This document shows, one piece after another, positions 54,978 to 64,000 of a DNA stretch of 64,000 nt. The DNA lies in assembly GCA_050253075.1 (NCBI GenBank), contig JBFWJS010000001.1, forward strand, positions 32,001-96,000. The letters run 5' to 3'. The position numbers and the translations under genes are program-made. The stretch comes from Deferribacterales bacterium. Its GTDB lineage: Bacteria > Chrysiogenota > Deferribacteres > Deferribacterales > Geovibrionaceae. Below the pieces are notes generated by a model that worked only from the letters and a program-made list of their open reading frames with translations, did not search any database and had not been told where the DNA came from. Within the stretch, counting starts at the first letter, position 1, and each line of letters opens with the position of its first letter.

Positions 54978-55764
54978 TAACCTCATAATAATCCGAGGGG
55001 GCGGAGACCTTGCCACAGGTATTGCCGTGCGTCTCTTCAACAGCGGATTTCAGGTAATGATACTCGAAACGGAAAAGCCCAGCTTCATCCGCAGGACAGT
55101 ATCCCTCGGCATGGCAGTTTACAAAGGCGAAGCGACAGTGGAGAATGTGCGTGCGGTGCATTACGACAGCTTCACCATGACAGACGACCACATCCCGGTA
55201 CTGACAGACTCGAATATGACCGTTCTCGGGCATATATCTCCGCTGGCACTGGTGGACGCAGTGATAGCAAAAAAGAATATCGGACTGACCATAGATAAGG
55301 CGGACATTGTGATAGCCCTCGGACCGGGATTCACAGCGGGAGAGAACTGCCACGCAGTGATAGAGACCATGCGCGGGCACAGCCTCGGACGTGTGATATA
55401 CGAAGGCAAAGCATCGGCAGACACGGGCACGCCCGGCATAATCAACGGCATAGGCAAGGAACGTGTGATACACGCTCTATGTACAGGAAAACTGAGCATC
55501 ATAAAAGACATATCAAGCACAGTACGCAAAGATGAAACAATCGCAATGATAGACGATACCCCCGTAAAGGCGACCATAGACGGCATCATCCGCGGGATGA
55601 TAACAGACGGATACGCAGTGCATCAGGGGATGAAGATAGCAGACATAGACCCGAGGGAATCCGAAGTGAAAAACTGCTATACTGTATCAGACAAGGCACG
55701 GGCTCTGGGCGGAAGCGTTCTGGAAGCTGTGCTGAACCTAAGGAAAAAGAATGATAGAAGCTGA
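54958..55764 (+). CDS. yqeB: Selenium-dependent molybdenum cofactor biosynthesis protein YqeB
   Basis: IRGGGDLATG, IRRTVS, AKKNIG, LGPGF, ETMRGHSLG, KIADIDPR, SDKARALGG. Confidence 0.92.
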   Translation: MQKTSCDNLIIIRGGGDLATGIAVRLFNSGFQVMILETEKPSFIRRTVSLGMAVYKGEATVENVRAVHYDSFTMTDDHIPVLTDSNMTVLGHISPLALVDAVIAKKNIGLTIDKADIVIALGPGFTAGENCHAVIETMRGHSLGRVIYEGKASADTGTPGIINGIGKERVIHALCTGKLSIIKDISSTVRKDETIAMIDDTPVKATIDGIIRGMITDGYAVHQGMKIADIDPRESEVKNCYTVSDKARALGGSVLEAVLNLRKKNDRS

Positions 55765-56539
55765 AGTTTTCGCAAAGATATCAGAAGCACTTAAAAATAA
55801 TAAACCTGCCGCACTGGTGACAGTGCTCAGCCATGCGGGCTCTTCCCCCGGGAAGCAGGGCTCCGTGATGGCGGTGCTCTCAAACGGAGAGACATACGGC
55901 ACCGTGGGCGGAGGCAGCCTCGAGCACACCGCCACAAAGGAAGCTCTTGAAGCAATAAAGGCAGGCACGGATAAAGAGCTGTCTTTCGACCTGACAGACG
56001 ACGGCATGATGTGCGGAGGAAAGGTACGCCTGTACATAAAGACTTTCGCACCGTCTGAGAGGCTCATCATCTGCGGAGGCGGGCACATAGGGCAAAAGCT
56101 CTATCAGCTGGGCATCATGCAGGGATTCGCCGTCACCGTCATAGACGACAGGGCGGAATTCGCCAACGGTATAAACTTCCCCGATGCTTCTGAGGTGATA
56201 TGCAAAGACGTGGGCAAAGCCTTATCAGAAATGAATATAGACGATACATGCTATATAGCCATAGCGACCCGCTCCCACGAGACAGACTTCGACGCCCTCG
56301 GCTCAGCCGTCGGCACGAAAGCAGCATACATAGGTATGATAGGCAGCAGGAAAAAGGTGAATACCGTTATGGACAAGCTGTCCGCCGAAGGGATAGACAA
56401 AGCGGTACTGGATAAGATATACGCTCCGATGGGGCTGGACATCGCCACTGTGAAAACAGAGGAGATAGCACTCAGCATCATCAGCGAGATAATGCTTGTG
56501 AAAAACGGCGGAAATCTCCGCCATATGAAAGACAGATAG
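55751..56539 (+). CDS. xdhC: XdhC/CoxI-family Moco insertion chaperone
   Basis: GSSPGKQG, GTVGGGSLE, MMCGG, GGGHIG, DDRAEFA, YIGMIGSRKK, PMGLDI, EEIALSI (xdhC as accessory factor, not the E. coli FeS subunit). Confidence 0.88.
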   Translation: MIEAEVFAKISEALKNNKPAALVTVLSHAGSSPGKQGSVMAVLSNGETYGTVGGGSLEHTATKEALEAIKAGTDKELSFDLTDDGMMCGGKVRLYIKTFAPSERLIICGGGHIGQKLYQLGIMQGFAVTVIDDRAEFANGINFPDASEVICKDVGKALSEMNIDDTCYIAIATRSHETDFDALGSAVGTKAAYIGMIGSRKKVNTVMDKLSAEGIDKAVLDKIYAPMGLDIATVKTEEIALSIISEIMLVKNGGNLRHMKDR

Positions 56540-56540
56540 A

Positions 56541-57722
56541 TCAATGCGACGGCAGAAGCCTGTTCGCTATCCTTCCCCATAAAAGAAGCACTATTACGGA
56601 TGTGGTCAGTGTTATCGCACCGTAAAAGAGCACGGGCTCTTTCCAGTGAAGCGTCACCACAGCCATGCTTATCGCACCGGATATAAACTGGTAAAACACC
56701 ATGAAAGATGATGCAGAGCCCACGTCAGTCTTCACCAGACCGATGATGAGCGATCCGCTGAGCGGTCTGCTTATCCCCATGCAGAAAGAAAAGAGCGACA
56801 TAAAAGCCAGAAAGAAAAGATAATGCTCCCTCGCAAGGAGCAGAACACCCGCACCTGCGAAGATAGTACCCACTATCGAAAGGGTTATCAGCCTCTTTTC
56901 GCTGAATCTCTTAACCAGTCGGGACGAGAAGAACGCACCTATCATAGAGCTGAGAGCGTTCAGACCGAATAACAGGCTGAATGTCCTCTCAGACAGCCCG
57001 AAGATGGATATATAATATATCGGGGAAAATGCTATAAAGCCGTAAAACGGCAGCGGCAGAAGCCCCATGCTGATATTCGTAAACATGAATTCACGGTTTT
57101 TGATATGCACCATGTATCTGCCGATGAGCTTTGACAGCGGAGTCGTTATCTTCTCCCCTATGGTTTCCTTAAACGAAAAGCTGATGAGCAGAGTGAAGCA
57201 GACTATCGTACCCTGTGCGCCGAAGATGAACCGCCAGCTGAAGAACTCGAGGAGCATAGCACCGATTATCGGCGCAACCATAGGCGCAACAGATACAATT
57301 GTCATCACATACGCCATCGCCTGATGTCTTTCACGCCCTTCGAATTTATCCCTGATGATAGCCATAACGATGGCAGAAGGCGCAGCAGCACCCATCCCCT
57401 GTAAAATACGGAAGATGATGAGCTGATTTACGTCCTGAGCGAATGCACAAAGGAACGAGGCAGTGACAAATATCGCCAGACCGCCAGACAACACAGGCTT
57501 TCGCCCGTATTTATCCGAGAGTGACCCGGCCACGAGTATGAACACGCTGAATGATGCGAACCAGAGCACAAGCGTCAGGTTTACCAAGTCTTTACCGACA
57601 CCCCAGCCGTCTGCTATCTGTGGTATTGCAGCTAGGTACATATCAGTAGAAAGCGGCGGTGTGGAAGCCAGTAAGGCGAGAAACGTTATATAGATTGCTT
57701 TATTCTTTTCCAGATTAATCAT
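56541..57722 (-). CDS. Bcr/CflA-family MFS efflux transporter
   Basis: STDMYL, GSLSDKYGRKP, FRILQG, APMVAPIIG, WRFIF. Confidence 0.9.
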   Translation of the reverse strand: MINLEKNKAIYITFLALLASTPPLSTDMYLAAIPQIADGWGVGKDLVNLTLVLWFASFSVFILVAGSLSDKYGRKPVLSGGLAIFVTASFLCAFAQDVNQLIIFRILQGMGAAAPSAIVMAIIRDKFEGRERHQAMAYVMTIVSVAPMVAPIIGAMLLEFFSWRFIFGAQGTIVCFTLLISFSFKETIGEKITTPLSKLIGRYMVHIKNREFMFTNISMGLLPLPFYGFIAFSPIYYISIFGLSERTFSLLFGLNALSSMIGAFFSSRLVKRFSEKRLITLSIVGTIFAGAGVLLLAREHYLFFLAFMSLFSFCMGISRPLSGSLIIGLVKTDVGSASSFMVFYQFISGAISMAVVTLHWKEPVLFYGAITLTTSVIVLLLWGRIANRLLPSH

Positions 57723-57794
57723 ATAAGCCTTATACAACACATACAGAGAATACGACAATAGTTGTTTTGTAAAGTTATATTAAATTTTAAACTG

Positions 57795-60578
57795 CTAAGA
57801 CTTTACCACGGGGAAACTGATCTCAAAGACAGCACCGTGACCTTCATTATTTCCTGCGGATATCTGTCCGCCCATATGCTTTTCTATAACCAGCTTAGCC
57901 ATATAGAGCCCGATGCCCGTCCCCTTCCCCTCTTCCTTAGTGGTGAAGTACGGGTCGAAGATGTTCTCAATGATATCATCGCTGATGCCTGTTCCGTTGT
58001 CGCTGCAGACCAGTTTTATATTATTTGTATCTGCGTAAATATCGACCTTCAGCTCTCCACAGGGCACAAGCCCCTTCGCTATGGTTTCGTCCATAGAGTC
58101 TACGGCGTTGTAGATGATGTTCAGCATTGCCTGTTTGAATTCACCGGGGTATCCCATCACCTTTGTATAGCTGTGGGTGCATACATCAGTCTTTCCGGGG
58201 GTCATCGTTGCACTCTTATGGGGGCATGCACATCTTATCTCTGATTTGATATTATGCATGGTCAGCTGGGATTCTATCAGGGCGAATATACGGCTGACCT
58301 CTTTCACCACTTCGAATTCCACCGGTTTGGAATCAGGCTTACAGAAGTCTTTGAAGTCGTCTATCGTTGTCGAGAGGTGCTGTATCAGATTTTCCGTAAC
58401 AGAGTGAAATTCCTCCATGTCGTCCTTTGTCAGCTTTTCATGGTGGTATCTATCCGTGATGTATTCGATAAAAAGCCCGAGCCCGTTGAGAGGCTGTCTC
58501 CACTGGTGGGCGATGGCGTTCATCATCTGTCCCATGTCGGCGAGCTTCTTCTGCTCGAACATAGCCTTTTCCTGCTTTTCCCTGAGTGCTATCTCTTCCT
58601 TCACTCTTCTTTGCAGGTCTGCGTTCAGCTCGTTCAGCTCATACTGCATATGCACCCTTTCGGTCATATCCTGCAGCACTCCTATCATGTTTCCGTCGGG
58701 CATAACCTTCACGTGGGCACGCATGTGGAATATCTGCCCCGATTTTGAAATATGCGGATGCATCACCTTAAAAGATTCCTTCTGCTGATTTATATGCAGG
58801 TTGCTAGCGTGCTCGTCCTGCAGATAGTCCGGCCAGAGGTCATATATCTTCATCTTCATCAGCTCTTCGGCCGTGTATTCGAACTTTTCACAGGTGGCCT
58901 CATTAACTTCCTGAATCTCTCCCTTGTCATTCGTCACGATGATAGGATCGGGTGAGTTGCTGATGTATGAGCGGTATTTATGCTCGCTGGCTGCGAGTGC
59001 ATCGGCAGAGTGCACGAGCTCTGTGATGTCCCTGTGCAGGGCGACTATGTATCTATTGTGCAGTCTGAAAAAATAGTTTTCAAACCACACGTCGTGATCC
59101 TTATCCTGGTACCTCATACGTGCCTGATACTCAGGCTCTCCCGTGTTGAATACTTTTGTGAAGACTTCGAGCTGGCCGTTCTCCCTCATTGCGGGGAAAA
59201 GCTCGGCGAGCTTCGCACCGACCATCTGCTCACGGGTATAGAGTGTCGGTTCCAGAGCGGCCTTGTTTATAAACTTAACGATGAAATCCCCCTGAAAGTC
59301 AGGCTTCAGAATGGTTATTCCGTCGTTGGTATTTTCTGCCATTGTTGTGTATAGCGTCTCGAGCTGATGCTCTTTCTGAAATCGGATGGCAACGGCATAC
59401 AGCTTTGCCAGCTCACCTATGGATAAAACATCCGCATCCGTGTAGTCCTCGGGTGAATTAGCAGCGGATATCTGCCCCACCAATATGCCGTCTATCTCGA
59501 CAGGGTAAGATATGAAGTTCTTTATGCGCACGTGCCACTCGGGCAGTCCTCCGGATATCTCACAGTTTGCCACGTCGTTTGTATAGAAAGGTCTGCCTGT
59601 GTTTAGCGTATGTCCCCACAGCCCTCTGTACTTGCCGTCTTCATCGGGTGAAAACATAAGCGGGCCGTCGTGCCCGTGGGCATCTGTCCTGCCCAGCGAG
59701 AAGGCGTGTATCATCAGATTATGGCTGTCCTCGTCCAGACTGCCTGCATAGCCGTCTGTGGAGCCTGTCAGCCTCTTCACTGAGTCCACCACCATCTTTG
59801 ATATCTCGGATATCTCGGTGTCTGTTTTAAGAAGCTGCGTGGTGAATTCCGCCACAGCCTTGAGGTTCTGTTCTTTTCTGTATCTCTCCGTGATGTCTGT
59901 CAGCACGGTAAAGTTATAATTCTTCCCTTCGTATATAAGCGTGCTCGGCCATGCATCCACATAGCGTATTTCGCCGTTTTTCAGCCTGTGTCTGAAGATG
60001 AACGTCTTCGGCTCGCCCGAGTTACGCACCTCGTCCAGATACATGTTTATCCTCTCTCTGCTGTCGACGTTTATATCGGTGATATTCATGCCGACCATCT
60101 CTTCGTAGGTGTATCCGTAGAATCTGCATGCAGAGGTGTTCACGTCCATGATGTCCAGCGTGTTAGAGTCGTAAACCAGAAGGGGGACTGTCGTGCTGTT
60201 GAATATCTGATCATAGTTAGGGAGGCTTTCGTCTGCGGGCTCGGCAAAGTTGACAGCATACATGAATCTGCCGTCGTCGTCATATTCGGCAAAGGTGTCC
60301 AGAGTGACCTTCAGGTATTCGCCGGAGGCCTTTTTCATATCAGCAAGGATGTTTTTCAGCCTGCCGACGTATTTGCATTTTATTCTGAAATGTTCGAATT
60401 CTTCGACACTTTTCTCAGGGATCATGTCGGAATAAAGCGTTCCCGTCAGGACATCTTCGGTATAGCCCAGAAGCGTCAGCAGGCTTTCATTCACCTGCAC
60501 GATCGTCCAGTTATCGTCTAAGACGAAAACCGGCTGAGAAGTGTTCCTGAAAGAATAACTTAGACCTTTATTATTCAT
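57795..60578 (-). CDS. Cytoplasmic multi-PAS/GAF sensor histidine kinase
   Basis: Several PAS domains, GAF (GLPEWHVRIKNF), H-box AIAHQWRQPL, DNGTG, GTGIGL. Confidence 0.9.
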   Translation of the reverse strand: MNNKGLSYSFRNTSQPVFVLDDNWTIVQVNESLLTLLGYTEDVLTGTLYSDMIPEKSVEEFEHFRIKCKYVGRLKNILADMKKASGEYLKVTLDTFAEYDDDGRFMYAVNFAEPADESLPNYDQIFNSTTVPLLVYDSNTLDIMDVNTSACRFYGYTYEEMVGMNITDINVDSRERINMYLDEVRNSGEPKTFIFRHRLKNGEIRYVDAWPSTLIYEGKNYNFTVLTDITERYRKEQNLKAVAEFTTQLLKTDTEISEISKMVVDSVKRLTGSTDGYAGSLDEDSHNLMIHAFSLGRTDAHGHDGPLMFSPDEDGKYRGLWGHTLNTGRPFYTNDVANCEISGGLPEWHVRIKNFISYPVEIDGILVGQISAANSPEDYTDADVLSIGELAKLYAVAIRFQKEHQLETLYTTMAENTNDGITILKPDFQGDFIVKFINKAALEPTLYTREQMVGAKLAELFPAMRENGQLEVFTKVFNTGEPEYQARMRYQDKDHDVWFENYFFRLHNRYIVALHRDITELVHSADALAASEHKYRSYISNSPDPIIVTNDKGEIQEVNEATCEKFEYTAEELMKMKIYDLWPDYLQDEHASNLHINQQKESFKVMHPHISKSGQIFHMRAHVKVMPDGNMIGVLQDMTERVHMQYELNELNADLQRRVKEEIALREKQEKAMFEQKKLADMGQMMNAIAHQWRQPLNGLGLFIEYITDRYHHEKLTKDDMEEFHSVTENLIQHLSTTIDDFKDFCKPDSKPVEFEVVKEVSRIFALIESQLTMHNIKSEIRCACPHKSATMTPGKTDVCTHSYTKVMGYPGEFKQAMLNIIYNAVDSMDETIAKGLVPCGELKVDIYADTNNIKLVCSDNGTGISDDIIENIFDPYFTTKEEGKGTGIGLYMAKLVIEKHMGGQISAGNNEGHGAVFEISFPVVKS

Positions 60579-60604
60579 ATCTTCTACTCACAATGACAAT
60601 TTAA

Positions 60605-61720
60605 TCAAATCGGAAGCGAAAGAATGAATTCTGTCCCCTTCCCTGTCTCAGAGACAAAACTTACCTTCCCTTTCAGATAGTTTTCTCCTAACAGTTTCAT
60701 ACTGTATGTTCCCAGACCGGAGCCTGAGGGCTTGGTTGTAAATGTTCTTTTGAATATCTGAGTTTTCACATCGTCTGGCATCACGGCGGGGTTATGCACA
60801 TGGAAGCTGACTGTCTCGAAGTGGTTCTCTGCCCATATAGTAACTTCGTCGTTCTTCGCAGATGCCTCTATGGCATTCTTAACCATGTTTATCATCACTC
60901 TGTTTAAGAGAGAGATGTCCGTGCGGATCTCCACATCGGCGGTGCCTTCCTTTATATTCAGCTTTACACAGCGTTTGTCTGCTATGCACTTATACAGCTT
61001 CAGCACATCCTGAAGCACGCTGTAGGTCTTCACCATCACAGGCATGACCATCAGCTCTCGCTTCTCCGCCAAAAGCAGCGTGCGGTATTCGTTTATCTCT
61101 TTCACCATGTCGGAGCTGGACTGATGCAGCAGCCCGATCATCTCAGGAGGGAGCTCTGTTATGCTGCCGTCCTTATACAGGTCGATAACGGAGTATATCC
61201 CGCTGGCGAGGTTCATTATGTCGTGGAAGAATATCTTTTCCAGAGCGGACTTACGCTTCTTTTCACTGATATCCTTAGCCGTGAAGAAGGTGAACCTGTG
61301 CCCTGCGAATTCAAAAGGATTAGCTATGACAAACAGTTCGTATGCTTCTCCGCCTTTTACAGAAAGAAGGCATTCCTCCCTCGCCTCGACACCCATCGTC
61401 TGGGCTTCAAGGATGGCATTCACCGCACCGCATTTAATGCAGAATTCTGTCGTGCCGCATCCGAGCACTTCGCCCGAATGGATGCAGCCGAGAGCCTCTC
61501 CCGGGCGTTTGCCCAGAACAGCGTAAACGTCATCTATCCCTAAAAAGTCAAGGAAAGCCTTATTGGTAAATATGACCTGCCTGTTCTGATCGAGAACAAA
61601 CATGATCTCCGTAGTTTTGTCTATGAGTTCTTTGATAAGGGGCACTTTGTTCAGCTCAGAAAAAAGCTGTAAAATAATGTCCTGAGAACTGCGTTCTGCA
61701 GAAGCGTATTTGGATTCCAT
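60605..61720 (-). CDS. PAS-domain histidine kinase with Cys-rich insert
   Basis: CIHSGEVLGCGTTEFCIKC; FFHDIMN; NMVKNAIEA; GSGLGTYS. Confidence 0.85.
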   Translation of the reverse strand: MESKYASAERSSQDIILQLFSELNKVPLIKELIDKTTEIMFVLDQNRQVIFTNKAFLDFLGIDDVYAVLGKRPGEALGCIHSGEVLGCGTTEFCIKCGAVNAILEAQTMGVEAREECLLSVKGGEAYELFVIANPFEFAGHRFTFFTAKDISEKKRKSALEKIFFHDIMNLASGIYSVIDLYKDGSITELPPEMIGLLHQSSSDMVKEINEYRTLLLAEKRELMVMPVMVKTYSVLQDVLKLYKCIADKRCVKLNIKEGTADVEIRTDISLLNRVMINMVKNAIEASAKNDEVTIWAENHFETVSFHVHNPAVMPDDVKTQIFKRTFTTKPSGSGLGTYSMKLLGENYLKGKVSFVSETGKGTEFILSLPI

Positions 61721-62403
61721 CTCACCACCGTCAGTGTTTTATATATAGTAGCAACATTAGGCATGAAACACAATTTAATGTCTGGCTCGCTGAGCATTGT
61801 CATTTTTGTTACGTTTGTATTTTAACATCAAAAAGTACAAGAAAAACATTCTAACATTCTATTTTCATAAAAAATACTGTAAACTTATATTACATATAAG
61901 GATATTAGATAGACAACCATCAAAACGCTTGTTAACTTTTTCGTTTCCATCTCATTGTTAAATAACGTGCATCCATTTTGTTATTTGTTGCAAATATTAC
62001 ACAATAAATACTGTATGAAAAATGTTACATTTTTTATATGCTTAATACCAGCGACTTACAGGCTAATTTTCAATTGGTGCTTTTTATACATCTCTGATTT
62101 TAAAACACAAACAGTATTATATTTTATTTTTATATTTTTCCTATATGTTACTGATCGTTTTTTTATGAAATTTTTTTTAAACATTTATCAGGAAGACTTA
62201 ACCCACAGGAAGGCGTACTGACGGGGGATTTTCGTCACGGTTATAAACAGCCGTTTACCGCTATGCCGTATAAACGTGTTAACTTACATTTACATTTTTG
62301 ACTTTAATATCAAGCTATGCTACTAAAATTATGCATCATATTAATCATTATTATAAATTTCTGATTTTCTATAAATGAACAAATATTTTAGACGGAGTTA
62401 TTG

Positions 62404-63216
62404 ATGCTAGCTATTGCTTGTATAAAACAGGTTCCGGATACCACACAGGTACAGATCGACCCCGTTACCAACACTCTGGTAAGGGACGGTATCCCTTTCA
62501 TTATCAATCCGTACGACACCCACGCCCTTGAGGAAGCTCTCAGGCTGAAGGATAAGTACGGTGCGACCGTCGTCGTTCTCACCATGGGACCTCCGAATGC
62601 CGAGGCAGCCCTTCGCAAGGCCCTCGCACTCGGCGTGGACAGAGCCATCCTTTTGTCAGACAGAGTATTCGGCGGTGCGGACACACTCGCCACCAGCAAT
62701 GTCCTGACTGCTGCCATAGAAAAACTGGCGAAAGAGGACGAAGTAGGCTTTGTGCTCTGCGGAAAGCAGACTATCGACGGAGACACAGCACAGGTGGGCC
62801 CCGGAATAGCCACCAGAATGAGCCTCGAACAGCTCACACTTGTCGACCGTATAGAGGATGTGGACTTCACAGCGAAAAAGACCACAGTGCGCAGAAAGCT
62901 CGAAGGACGCTATGAGCGTGTGGAAAGCAAACTGCCCGCAATGGTCACTGTCGTAAGAGAGATAAACAGACCAAGATACCCCTCTGTCCCCATGAGGCTC
63001 GCCTCTAAGGACGCTAAGGTAGAGGTTTGGGACAACACCGTCCTTAATCTGGATGTTAATACCATCGGACTGAAAGGCTCACCCACATGGGTTAGCAAGA
63101 TATTCTCCCCCGAGCGTGACAAGGGCGAGATAATCGGCGACGGTATAGGCAAACCGCAGGAAACGGCACAGCTTCTCATCGATAAGCTGCTCGAAAAAGA
63201 CCTGCTGAACATATAG
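62404..63216 (+). CDS. etfB: Electron transfer flavoprotein beta subunit (EtfB/FixA)
   Basis: CIKQVPD, INPYD, MGPP, GADTLAT, GKQTIDGDTAQVG, GLKGSPT. Confidence 0.95.
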   Translation: MLAIACIKQVPDTTQVQIDPVTNTLVRDGIPFIINPYDTHALEEALRLKDKYGATVVVLTMGPPNAEAALRKALALGVDRAILLSDRVFGGADTLATSNVLTAAIEKLAKEDEVGFVLCGKQTIDGDTAQVGPGIATRMSLEQLTLVDRIEDVDFTAKKTTVRRKLEGRYERVESKLPAMVTVVREINRPRYPSVPMRLASKDAKVEVWDNTVLNLDVNTIGLKGSPTWVSKIFSPERDKGEIIGDGIGKPQETAQLLIDKLLEKDLLNI

Positions 63217-63226
63217 GGGTATAAAA

Positions 63227-64000
63227 ATGGCAGAAAAGAAAGTTAAAAAGCCAAGAGGCGTTGCTAGGCTGAAGGCAGATACCTGTATCTCCTGCGGTGC
63301 AAGGTGCGAGAGTGCCTGCCCTGTCGACGCTGTCAAAATGGACGAGAACGAAGTTCCCGTTATAACCGAAGAAAAATGTATCGGCTGTCTCAAATGCGTT
63401 AAGGTTTGCCCTGCTGATGCTATATATATGTATCTCACAGACGAGGAGAAAGCTATCCTCGCCGAGCTCGAAAAGGCAGGAGCCGCAAACGAGGAGCCCG
63501 AAGAACTCTCTGAAGAGGACAAAGCGCTCGCCGAAATGCTTAAGCAGTACAGAGGCGTGTGGGTCTTCATAGAGCAGACAGAGGGCGAGGTCGCAGAGGT
63601 TTCATGGGAGCTTCTGGGCGAAGGACGCAAACTGGCTAACAAGCTCCAGACAGAGCTCTGCGCTGTCGTCATAGGCGAGAATGTCAGAAACCTGTGCCAC
63701 GACTCATTCACATTCGGCGCAGACAAGGCGTACCTCATAGACGAGCCGGTTTTCAAATACTACCGCACACAGGCATACCACGAAGCAATGTGCGGACTTA
63801 TCACAAAATATAAGCCTGAGATAATCCTCATGGGCGCAACAGGTATGGGAAGAGACCTCGCAGGAGCCGTCGCTACGGAAGTGGCAACAGGGCTCACAGC
63901 GGACTGTACAGGGCTTGACGTTGACGACAAGCGTAACCTGATGCAGACACGCCCTGCCTTCGGCGGAAACATCATGGCGACCATCATGTGCGACAAAAAG
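63227..64000 (+). CDS. etfA: Electron transfer flavoprotein alpha subunit with N-terminal 2x[4Fe-4S] ferredoxin domain; truncated by window end, absent from the ORF track
   Basis: ATG 63227: MAEKK...CISCGARCESACP...CIGCLKCVKVCP...GVWVFIEQ...GRDLAG...TGLTADCT...TRPAFGGN. Confidence 0.92.
   Translation, partial: MAEKKVKKPRGVARLKADTCISCGARCESACPVDAVKMDENEVPVITEEKCIGCLKCVKVCPADAIYMYLTDEEKAILAELEKAGAANEEPEELSEEDKALAEMLKQYRGVWVFIEQTEGEVAEVSWELLGEGRKLANKLQTELCAVVIGENVRNLCHDSFTFGADKAYLIDEPVFKYYRTQAYHEAMCGLITKYKPEIILMGATGMGRDLAGAVATEVATGLTADCTGLDVDDKRNLMQTRPAFGGNIMATIMCDKK

Noticed and set aside
61986..62001. TGT-N10-ACA (NifA-type upstream activator) before etfB
   Set aside because: Low-information motif in AT-rich DNA, and I found no sigma54 GG-N10-GC promoter.
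61955..62221. 88-aa ORF in the etfB upstream region
   Set aside because: Very AT-rich with Phe/Ile/Tyr-biased composition typical of non-coding DNA; no RBS.
62195..62270. Minus-strand resemblance to a c-di-GMP-I riboswitch (ggtaaac...gacgaaaatc)
   Set aside because: Lacks the GNRA tetraloop and receptor, has a C-A mismatch in the stem, and is about 480 nt from the next minus-strand gene.

Overview
Gene-dense bacterial chromosome segment from an anaerobe. Gene content and style suggest Deferribacterales (Denitrovibrio/Seleniivibrio-like), which is an inference, not a database result. Main blocks: (1) 3' end of a TpsB-type beta-barrel gene, a HAD hydrolase and an atypical MocR/GabR regulator divergent from a degenerate TorD-like chaperone that has a highly structured leader; (2) an ELWxxDGT-repeat lipoprotein, a HesB/IscA-like selenoprotein with an in-frame TGA and SECIS-like hairpin (missed by the ORF track), and a 4Fe-4S protein; (3) cstA, a STAND-type regulator, a GGDEF protein, lgt, hybrid kinases and DAHP synthase; (4) a ~20 kb anaerobic cobalamin biosynthesis/salvage cluster, where a cobalamin riboswitch controls an operon combining a signal-peptide-bearing CbiK, an ABC-2 exporter, a BtuCDF-like importer and CobA; (5) MoaE, a PA2779/PA2778 pair, a second GGDEF protein and MarR-pirin; (6) an NCS2 permease plus a selenium-dependent molybdenum hydroxylase cluster (xdh-like subunits, yqeC, mocA, yqeB, xdhC); (7) an MFS transporter, two PAS kinases, etfB and a truncated ferredoxin-fused etfA. 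No rRNA, tRNA, CRISPR array or transposase was seen. Two copies of a palindromic REP-like repeat are present. All calls come from reading motifs by eye; no searches were run.
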